Assembly: GCF_964204645.1 (NCBI RefSeq)
Contig: NC_134026.1
Coordinates: 27,562,150 to 27,626,149 of the forward strand
DNA from: Tubulanus polymorphus
Lineage: Eukaryota > Animalia > Nemertea
DNA: 64,000 nucleotides
Direction of reading: 5' to 3'
The notes below the pieces were generated by a model, which saw only the letters and a program-made list of their open reading frames with translations, was not told the DNA's origin and made no database searches. The position numbers and the translations under genes are program-made. This document shows, one piece after another, positions 25,277-36,039 of the stretch (its first letter is position 1; every line of letters starts with the position of its first letter).

Positions 25277-25594
25277 TCATACACATGTTTCTCGACCAGC
25301 ACAAATAACGTTTTTCGTCTGCGTGACCGATGCCCGACGCAGTCTGTTCTGGAAACCCTCCCTCTTCACGAATTCCTCGTAATAATACGACAACCGTGCT
25401 TCGTTCTGTTCACCTTTCATATATTTAATCATGAGGATCACCAAAGCGGAAGCGTAAAACATCAGTACAACGATAATGTATATAAGTGCAGACAAATCAC
25501 TTCGTCCAAAGCTTTGATTCTTCGTGCTATTTCCAGGAACACCAAACAATATGATGGTAAAATTTGTTACGTTGTTTTTTAGATTAATCTCCAT
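25277..25594 (-). CDS. Single-pass type III membrane protein, KCNE-like architecture (105 aa)
   Basis: N-terminal sequons NVT, NFT, NST, NQS; TM ALIYIIVVLMFYASALVILMI followed by KYMK; RRAS site; C-terminal ETCV; splice acceptor just 5' of the ATG. Confidence 0.75.
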   Translation of the reverse strand: MEINLKNNVTNFTIILFGVPGNSTKNQSFGRSDLSALIYIIVVLMFYASALVILMIKYMKGEQNEARLSYYYEEFVKREGFQNRLRRASVTQTKNVICAGRETCV

Positions 25595-26528
25595 GCTGCT
25601 AAAAATATAGAATAAAACGCGTTTAGTTCAGCCTGCTGGATGCAGTCTCACGTCCTTTCAATGATTCTCCAAATGCAATTTGATAATTAATCGTTTTCAG
25701 CGCAGTGATATAAACTGGTGGATCGCTTCATGTTATTATTTGTCACGACAGCTTATTACACAGGTACTTGTAGAGAGCAATATGAACTACGTAATGGCCA
25801 TTTCTAAATCTAATCTAATCCACAATCTTTGCAATGAGTCGTCCTTTAAGAGACCATCTGTTCTAGGTGTGCTGAATATGGATAAATACGTACGATATTC
25901 GAGATACAATTTGTCAGATGGTTAGCTTTATTAAACATGTCAATGTAGCTCGCTTATAATCAAAATTCAAGTTCCTCGGATTGGATCCATTCTTTATGAT
26001 ATGATTTACGTATTTGCATAAAAGAGTTCTCCTTGAAATAGGGATTGACCCTGTTAGTTATTTATTTGATTGGTAGATTAGATTTCAATAAATCAAAAGA
26101 ATAACAGGGTCTAACTATAGGCCTGTTTTTGGAAATTTACGACACAAATTATATCGAAGTTCGATGAACCTACGAGCAATCAACAAAACGAAAACTCACC
26201 TTCATCGGAAAGTTTGAAATTCAAAATTCATTCCATCGTCAGCTAAACAATTTTCGCAAGTGTTGTGCGATGGCTTCGGGGATTCATCGCAATCACCTTT
26301 GATATTTTCTAGCTTTCATATCCTCAGCTTTTGACATTTAGTTTCATAGCCGAATATATTTTTAGAAACTCGCAACGACCATTGTATCAATGTAATTATG
26401 TTATGAGTTTACAGTTTGATGGGAATGTATATAAATACGATGATTTCGCCCTCAGAATGGAACCAAACACCGCGCGTGACGCTCCAAAGCGGCTCGTTAT
26501 CATCCACGTTTTGGCGCGATCACCGGCT

Positions 26529-26542
26529 GTTTCCATGGTAAC
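26529..26542. promoter_or_regulatory. RFX X-box
   Basis: GTTTCCATGGTAAC, canonical palindromic X-box in a CpG-rich patch upstream of the KCNE-like gene. Confidence 0.6.
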
Positions 26543-27583
26543 TGTTTGTTCGGAGGCAAGACACCACAAGTTTTTACATAATTTCAGATTGCCCTCTGAT
26601 AGGTAATCGCCACGGTCCACTGAATCTAAAGATGGTTATTTCAAAGTTCATTTCCGTATCAGAATGAAGGCTTGGGTATATAGGCCTTTCCAAATTCATT
26701 TTCAACGAACGCAGTCTCCGACCTATCTGATTATGAAAATAGAAATCGTTCGTGGAAACAGATATTTAATCAGATATTTCATGCCACGCATTGTATTTAC
26801 ATCTGTACGGAGCTCATTGTCCCTATCAACGGGGGATATCGAGGAAATGAGTTCGACACCTTGCAACAGCGAGATATTGACGCATTGATATCATATGATT
26901 AATAAGTACCACATACGATTTCAAAATCATATTATGATATGAAAATTACAATATAAGCTTGTTACTATATTCTAAAGCCTACAGATTTATTTATAATTAA
27001 AAAGGTGGACATGTAAGCAGAAGTACATTCTAAATGTACCAATGAAGATGAACACAGTCGTCATTACATGATCAGATACCGGTACACAGGTATTTATTTG
27101 ACAAACTCAAGTCTAAGATTAGACAATGTGAGTGAAAAAAAAAATAATATACAAAATAACATATCGGCGAATGTCGTATTTACACGAATATTTTTGCAAT
27201 TTTACTTACACAAAAATACATAAGTTATACAGCCTTCTTGTCTGCAACCATGAGTGAGGAGAATTTATACTAGTTTGGATACACTGAAAATTGTCTGTCA
27301 ATATACTCGGTCCTTAGAACATCAAGGGTTAAATCATAATATAAACTGAAAATCCTCCCCTATATAGCACTATCGCAGAAGACAATTCATATACCTAGCA
27401 ATATACGGGACGAACTTCTTGTCATCGCGAGAAATGAAAGATGGAAGCAAATTTTGTTTTGATACATCCAGATATGTACACACCCATCGGTTATTGTCTT
27501 TAAAACTAATAATGCATATATATGTAAAGGAAACGCTCAAAAAACGATTATGTAGAAACAACTGGAAGTGATTAATTTCGGAC

Positions 27584-28843
27584 TCATTTTCCAATTATCG
27601 ACTCAATTGAAAATTTCAGTAGGGGTTTTCTTGCAGCTTTTGTAGTCGAATCAGATGCTGGTGAAGGTTGGATTTGAGGAACACTTAGATTAACGCAGGG
27701 CTTATGAACAATCGGCGTGAACGCTGATTTTGCATGAGCACCCAGGACAGGGAGGTGCAAGTACTGATTATCACCAGGATTCAGATTCGGTTGATTGATA
27801 AAAGTCTGTTTTGAACAATGAGCAGGTGTCTGTGGTATAAGAGGGGGTTTCGTCGATGATAAACTGGCCACGATCCTCTGCGACACCTTTTGGCAATCGC
27901 CTCCGCATGCGTGCCATAGAAGTTCAATTACATTGGGATTTATGGTTGGGAACATCCGATGCAGCAGTACCATCGCGCTTCTACCCGTTCCTTCAGATAA
28001 TCTAGCTGCAAATGAATCGGTTAGTTTTTCATTTGTTGTTTTCGCAAGAAGATCCTTCGCTGCTGACAGTTGATGGTTTTCTATAAGTCTCTCACGTTCG
28101 TACATGATTATCTCCAAATCTTTGTCGGCAAAACAGCGCCGCTTGCGCATCCTTTCATTCATGACTGGAATTCTAGAAGCTATTACTTCGGATGTCACCA
28201 GACCAGCTTGCGGCTTTAAACGATAACCTAAAAAAGAACAATGAATTGTATGTTTATAATCATACTTAAGACTACAAAATGACTATGCCTTTAGATGTTC
28301 CGGGGATTCTTGGAATATATTATTGAAAATCAGGTTGTCTATGTTGTATTTTATACGCACTTTTAAGAATATCTGTCGAAAGCGATCTCTGCTGTAAACT
28401 ACGGAGATTCTTTTGTAGTATTTTCCTTTGTTGAAGGAGCGTGGTGGCATTTTTCAATCGCACTTTGGCGGCCGATGAAGAGACAGTTTCATTCGCTTGA
28501 TGTCTGCAATATTATAAAATTCATATATACTTGGAATGTGTTGGTGAGTAGCGACTCACAGGCAAGATATGCGATATATTTTCGTCCTGTAACCGCAAGC
28601 CGTTCTTTTAATCCTAAGTCTGTCTGAGACGACTTACCTTCTCAAAGCAACTTGGGCAGCCATTACTCTCTGTCTTTCGACTACCAGTTGACAGTTTGCA
28701 CAGTGGCAATCTCTCCAGCGACAATGGCGTTTATGGCCCTTCAAACACGAGACGACACCGTGGTTGCGACACCGCGCACATTTCGGAGTCCGCAGTAAAC
28801 GCCTTGCTTTTATCGTACAGGTTGATGTGTCTTTGCCTTCCAT
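27584..28843 (-). CDS. DMRT2: Doublesex/mab-3 related transcription factor, DMRT2/Dmrt11E type (3 exons)
   Basis: Exons 28638-28843, 28361-28503, 27584-28227. DM domain [38 protein letters not shown] plus the DMRT2-specific [18 protein letters not shown] box. Confidence 0.93.
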
Positions 28844-29647
28844 TTTCTTATGGAATACCTATTAAAACATGCCAAAATACCGTGGTTAGGGTTTGAATTT
28901 GAAATAAAAGCCGTTTTGTTTGCACTGGAAACTATAACCGATAAGTTACCAAAGTGTGAAAATGCATTTTTGTGGAATTTTTGTGATAAAGCAAACGTTA
29001 AGTGCAATACTTGGGTCAACTGAGATCTGTGTGTTGTATTCTTAAAAATCTCGTAACTCTATGCCACTTTTCTTTTGTAAATGTGGGAAATAGTACTTAA
29101 GCTGTTGTTAGGTTTTTGAGACGTTTGTAAACTATATTTCCAGATGGACTAATTCAATGAGACATGAACATTTGGTATTTGAGTGTTTAACATGGGCCAA
29201 TGTTGGTGGTACAGCCTACAACATCCGTCTCAGACTGTCAGCTCTCTAAAAGCAAAGATTCAGTTTCAGTATAGGTAAAACAATGTTTGTACATCTATAC
29301 GTCAAATTCACGTTACGAACATTTTTGTGGAGGCAACGGGTGCATTCGGAACGGGAACAATTTGTCTAGTTCAGTTGATTTTGAAATGCATCAGTTACGC
29401 GGTTCAACTTCGCTAGCAAGTCAAGTTCAGTTGTCGAAGAAAACTTAGTTTTACACAATAGAAATTCATTTATCGTTATATCTAATTGAATTAGGTTTCC
29501 ACGACACCATCAAAATCTCTAATCGAGTGCGTATTTCGTTGAATTAATCAAATGAAAGGCTTAATACGAAATGATAAAATTTAGCTTCGCGTTTCTGTCG
29601 TATTGACGTTTATTCTAATTACGACCAATCTAACAGATACAAATCAT

Positions 29648-29755
29648 GACCCAGTTCCACAGATGTGAGTTAGAGTTAACTCTGAGTTAAAATTAGTTCA
29701 TTTTCAATGAGTTAACTCAGTGTCAAATTTTAACTCCGAACTGTGGAACTGGACC
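29648..29755. mobile_element. Short MITE with CCAGTTCCACAG TIRs and internal GAGTTAACTC palindromes
   Basis: ccagttccacag ... ctgtggaactgg flanking repeated gagttaa units. Confidence 0.7.
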
Positions 29756-31789
29756 CAGAGAGTTAAAACAACGTCGTTTTACTGGGTGTAGAAATTGCTT
29801 CGTGATCTTGTGGTAAACGGTTGTCGCACCATTATCGCAATACAAATCTCTTTAATATATTCATTTAGTATACCATTTATTTTTGCTGGGTCATATAAAA
29901 CAGATCATTACAAAATGCAACGCTTCTAATAAATCGGAGGTTATAAGACTATCGATACGGGTAATCAAAACTTTGCTCGGCTGTTTACGGATCGGTTGTG
30001 GTCATTTAATCTCTGGACCCTGAATGCTGGAATGGGTTGCTACAGTTACTCCCCCTGAAACAGATCGAATACTGCATCTATTGATCATTGGCAGATGATC
30101 CAGTACTTTACTGATGTTAGAAGCTGTAACTGAATCTAAAACTGAGATTAAAACCTCGCATTATTTCAGCGTGACTTCATAGAAACGATTTGCTCACTCA
30201 ACCGAGGTAAAACATGTAAATAAACTACGGATTACAGATCTATTTACATTAACTAAAACCACCTGAACGAGATTTAATTACAATCACTATTAGCTGGTAA
30301 TTTCTCGATGGGTTTGAGTATATGTGTGTTTAACCAGTAATTTGTTATTCTTGAAAAATTCCATCCAAATCGTGTTATAAAATTGAGAAACTTAGATTAA
30401 TCAGAATATAAATATCCTTGTCTTGAAAATAATTTCAGCCTTTTCTAAAATAGAGGCATAAGAAATTTCCCGTTGAATTTCGATTTAATACCCTTCTTTT
30501 TGGGCTTAGCATGAAGTACATATAGACTGCCGGTACCAATCAAGATAAAGGCGGAATTTGCTTACAAAATCAAGAGATCTACCGTAAACTGTGCGTCTCG
30601 AATGTCGCAATGTTTCACCAGTTACTGGCGATATCCCGCCGCGATTTCCTTCAATAAACGATGGTTTTGTTAAAATATAATACGTTTTTCTGCAGTAATT
30701 TAACCTTTCAAACGATAGTAAACGATCATGCTATGTAAACTTTCTATATGAAGACATTGTTGCTATATCACTGCTTATTTTAGGGTAAGATACCATTTGT
30801 ATATAGAAACCTAGCTTTCAGACCTGACACTGATGTGGTGTGTGATATATTAAGTAATTGAAAAAAATTTAACAAAGACTAAATTCTTTGATTCAACGGT
30901 TGATTGATTTTGAGATTTTTCGTTTGGCCATGAAAGTTAATGAAAATGATTGCAGTTTCTAGAGTACGCAACTTTTAACTTAAACTGCACGCGGTGAAAT
31001 GCCAACATGCCAACATAGTCAGTTTTTTAGAGGTTAACTTTTATTATTCTGTATTATATGGCTGTGTGACAAGTGAATCTGTAGAGAAACGGGCGTGGTT
31101 GACAAATAAAGAAATAACCTCTTTAATAGAACGCGGTACGTCATTTTCCAAGAAGCTAGAAATCTCGCAATGTTCTTTCATGAAATGATGAATAAGAGAA
31201 TCCAAACAAGCACGTTTATGGAGCAGTAATCAAGGTGAAAAGCAATAATCTACATTATGTTGCAACTCGGCTTAATTATGAAGTGAATTGTAACATGAAT
31301 TTCCCCAATGATCCTCAATGCTAATCAGCGAACATTTTCAAAATTCTATGTTCGAGAAAACACTTTTGACATTTCTTACAGAGATTTTCATATAATGAAG
31401 AAATAAAAGAAAAGAGCTTACCGTAAGGAGTTTCCTGGAGGATAAAGTTGATAACTGATGCGATATACAGACAAACACTGAGAGAAGTTCAGCGTCCTAT
31501 TTACCAATAGCGGTACAGGATTCACCTACGATTTATTTATCTCGTAATACTGACTCGCTATTGGTTGTTTTAATCCAGATTAACCCCATGTTTCAGGGTG
31601 ATCACGTCAATTTCAGAGCTTTTGTGATTATATGTGGTTTTATGATCCTGGTAAAGTGTAGTGTATGATTACCCGACGTTGGTTTCACTCAAATCGAAGA
31701 TAAACAAACTGAAAAAATACTTCACACCTAAAGGCGTACTGTTGTTTTTCAGGCTCATCAAAGGATATCATTGTGTGAATATAGTTTCG

Positions 31790-31794
31790 ATATG

Positions 31795-31846
<52 letters not shown>
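31790..31846. repeat. (AT)n microsatellite
   Basis: Long TA run; shorter ones at ~33946-33963 and ~36007-36039. Confidence 0.95.
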
Positions 31847-31849
<3 letters not shown>

Positions 31850-33295
31850 TATGTATTAGAAAATCTTAACAAATCTCATATGCGAAATCTTGGAAAATGT
31901 TATTATTTACATAGCAATATATCCACATGTAACACGCTACTTTTTAAAATACTTTTGTAATAATTTCATCATGATTGAATAAATGAAAAATATTTTGATC
32001 AAACTAAATGTCCGTAGTGAACTCTTGAGTAATTCACCATTAAATCGTCAACAATTTGTAGCAAAAACACAGTTCGTTTTATTTATGTTTTCGATTTAGT
32101 TTGGTTGTATCGATAGCGCGAAGTACCAATCAGCAATGTTTGTGTGCGATCTACTCGCCGCATACAAACATTTGGATCATTTGTCTCGGATAAAAGGCCA
32201 AACTCGTATGATGTTGATTAATTTGAGATCGCGAAGCCTGCGGCTCGACACCTAATACCACCATCAAAGTCAGCCGTAATTCGTGGCGGGTTCCTCTCGC
32301 GACGGGCTTGTTTTCGCCGGCGTAGATTGCGAGTAAACCAAACTTGGATTTAAAACAGTTTGCAGCGGTTACGATTTGATGGAAAAAATATCAATGAAGT
32401 GTATAGAAGAACCAGGTGCGAGAGGTACCACCTCTAAGATGGAATGACGCTAAGAATGCCTTTGTACTCCCTTAAAAATAAAACCATCTCCAAATTTCCA
32501 AGTACGCGCGCTAGAGCTTTCAGCCGGGGAAGACTTTGGGCTTCACGAAATATATCCAGTACATTCCCCTCGCTGGTATTCCGACAGACATCTGCAGTAC
32601 CATAGTCAGATTCTGTTTTATTTCTGCGCGATAAATGGACAAATGTTACAGAAATATCCAGGAAGCTGATACAGCACATCATCCGTTTAATCGTCTCAAG
32701 CAAAATGCCTTGCTGGTTTTATTTACAATTTATGGCCTCTGAGAGGATCACGCGGCTGTCAGCATAAAAATTTCCTTCGTTGATAAAAACCTATAAAAAT
32801 CTTGCCGAATGGCAAAAACTTTACTGTATGCACCCGGCATTCGCACTAAGAAGGCGTATGCTTATACCTTATGACAATTATATTTTATGAATTACGAATG
32901 TTGTGATACGTAATTCTAACACCTCTGTCTGTGATTTTTTTCATGGAGTTCGGTTAAAAATCTAGCTTTTCATCCTCTAACGAATCTGCCTTTCTCAACT
33001 CAAAAGGTTCAATTACTAACACCAACTAACATACGAAGCGGGCGAAACCTATTTTTTATTCTTGTCATGTTATAAAACTACATTACATAGTTATCTCAAC
33101 TGCGGAAGAAATCGAATCCGTCTGCTGAATTTTTTTCGTCTTCTTTTAGATTTCCGCAATGAAATTCATCTATTTTACGGGTTCTTATCAGAAATTAATG
33201 TGAAACTTTCCAAGCTAAATCTCCTAGGCTACAAAGGCGTAACGTCTTCAAAAAATGCACGTATATCCACTTAAAGTGTGAACAGCTACTTTATT

Positions 33296-33627
33296 GCTAT
33301 CAAGCAGCGCTTGCGCATCTTTAATCGCATCAACAAATGCTTTAAATCTGATTGGCGCTATCATCGCGCGTCAGATAACTTGCGCACGCGCCGTGACATG
33401 ACAAATCTCAAACAAACCGAGCTCAATTTCTCTACGCCAAAATCTCCCCGAGATAGCGACAAAAATCGCGTTAATCCTGATAAGACTGACGTCACGTTGT
33501 TTCTCGGTTGTAAATTACCCGTAGATTAAACGCGCGATGAACAAAGACGGTTTATACACGTTACACCTGCTTGACTGGTAAACTGAGAAATTAACACTCA
33601 TCTTTAAAAACAGCGCTGCTTGATGGC
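33296..33627. mobile_element. Possible degenerate MITE
   Basis: 16-bp inverted ends gctatcaagcagcgct / agcgctgcttgatggc (1 mismatch) around a CpG-richer interior. Confidence 0.45.
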
Positions 33628-35531
33628 TTAAAGCATGTTACGTGTTAATATCTCATTAGTTTGACAATACGTTTGGTAAAATAGCCACCATCAAGCCGCA
33701 ATTGGCCGGGAGAAGTACTCGATTTCGATTTAAAAGATAATTGAAAAATACACTTTGATATTGTTTATATAAAAGATCAAAGATTGATTATTTTGCTTAA
33801 GATCATCCCGAAACCTTATATCTCCAAACTTTTTGACAAGAAGGCGAAGGTATCATGAAAACAATCACGTTTTAGCAAAGATTTATTCATTGCAAATTTA
33901 TGTTGGGAATTTTGATTGTGTATATTATATATATGATACGTTTATGTATATATATATATATATAAAGAATCAAATCTTCTTTAGCTTGAGTAAATTTCCG
34001 ATAATAATGTAATTTACTTGTGATTTGTAGGTGACACATCACATAAATAATTCCATAGGCTTTAATCGCGAAGACTGCAACTTGACCCCGAGGCATTACA
34101 GCACCACACACGTGCTGATCTGTAAGTTGAGTTCAAGACGTGCTTACCCTTACATTCGAGCTTCTCTTAGTTTTATCTTGTTAAGCTATTGAGATGAAGG
34201 AGTTCCTACTTCAACTGACTAATAAAACATCATTCGGTCTCTTAAGTTATCTTTGTTAAAGTCTAGAATGCTTAAGCTATTCTAAGAGAATCGGTGAAAA
34301 AAGACATGCATGTGCGACGTTGATTTTATGCAAAATCAAAGTAATTCTAAAGCTGTTACAAATATGATGTCTTGACTTATGATACATAACAGTCGTATCT
34401 AATTTTGTAATCTACCTTTTTACCTATCACTATATCATGAAACTGCATAAAATGAAATCAAGGGTAAAATCAAATTCTGAAATCTTTTCCAAAAGCCTCC
34501 TCACAATAAAACTTCACACTGAAAATGGGAAGTTTTTCGTTGGCAATTAATTGAATTAATCGTATGACTTTTTGATACTGCACCATTCTCAATTAAAGTT
34601 ATACGGTTTATCATCTTTTCATCAAGTCCGATGAAGGAAGATTGAAAATGCTGAGTCTTCAACGAGTTGATTTTAAACTTAGCGATCACAGTTATCATAC
34701 GATAGATGGCAAACTTGAGAAATGTGGTACAGAACAAATGTCAGAATCAAAATCGCAATGAATGCTATTCACGTGATCACATTCTATTTATGGTACCACA
34801 ATATTGCGCATAGATACTTTGTATCTCAAAAAAAGAAAGAAATGTTGTATATGATGAAAATAAAGCGTAAGCTGCGGAAACATTCAAACAGATTGTCTCG
34901 CACTATTTCTTTCTCATCGAAACATATTTATGATGATATAAAAATCTATTGTACTAGTTAGTACTAATGTATATAAATATAGTTATTTTTTACAATTTCA
35001 ATTTTCAATGGTATCAACTTTGGTCATGATATTTTTATCACACTATAGCACTTATTATCATCAGCAGGTTCGATATTTTTCGCATAGGTCGAGAAGAACG
35101 TTAGATATGAGCCGGCACCAGGATTCGAATCCATGGACCTTGGATCGAAGATTGAGAAAGAAATCGCGATAACTTTGACCATCAAACACATATAAATTGT
35201 ATACTAAATGCGCAGAAACAGGACAGTAATTAACGCTACCGACAAGGCATATCTGTGTCTGTCCAATCATTCGAAATTAATAGTAAATAATGTCACTAAA
35301 GCATGCGCTAGTATTACGAACAGCGGATGAATTAACTTAATTAATGAATTCCACGGACCATTATTAAATCTGTTTATCTCAATTATATATTCCTTGCCAT
35401 TACCAAGATTCCTATATCATCAATATTTCTAACGGAAATTTTCACGAATTACCGAGTATTGACAAGTGTCCATATAGCTTTGTACGTCGTACTGAAATGT
35501 GTCACGTCACTTCAACAATTTTAGCTTTATA

Positions 35532-35864
35532 CATCCTCCCCCGGCAGGGATTCGAACCTGATGGCATCGAGATGGCACGAAACCCTGCCATAATCGACCG
35601 TGTGCGCAGATACATGCGCAGTTCAGATGATGTGATTTTTAGCCAATCAGAAATCCCGTTTTTTTTTAGCCCGGGTTTTCCCATATATAGTTCTTCCTTG
35701 AAATTTGCCTCAACGATTATCCAACGAGCAATCTGATTGGTGCCGCCAGTTTTCGTTCGGAAAGCTGCGCATGTACCTGCGCACCCGGTCTACTGATGCA
35801 GCGGTTCGTGCCGTGGCTGAGTGTAGCGATGCCATCAGGTTCGAGTCCCTGCAGAGGGAGGATG
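35532..35864. mobile_element. Fold-back non-autonomous DNA transposon with 9-bp TSD (Mutator-like)
   Basis: Direct repeat agctttata at 35523-35531 and 35865-35873; long imperfect arms catcctccc..gcagggattcgaacctgatggcatcg / cgatgccatcaggttcgagtccctgc..gggaggatg. Confidence 0.88.
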
Positions 35865-36006
35865 AGCTTTATACGATGGAAGCACCTTATCTTTTTGTAT
35901 GAATTCACTTCAAGCAGATTTGAAATCAGGAGAAATTTAAAACGGGCTTCATGTGCACTCACTCAAAGTCATTCTGACCTATATATCTATTATTCTTTCG
36001 ATCAGG

Positions 36007-36039
<33 letters not shown>

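Noticed and set aside
25133-25582. 149-aa plus-strand ORF
   Set aside because: Antisense shadow of the KCNE-like CDS.
32434-32703. 89-aa ORF in a GC-richer intergenic patch
   Set aside because: No recognisable motif or compatible neighbouring exons.
35111-35150. tRNA-like GGATTCGAATCC fragment
   Set aside because: No cloverleaf or A-box; at most a degraded SINE piece, not a tRNA gene.
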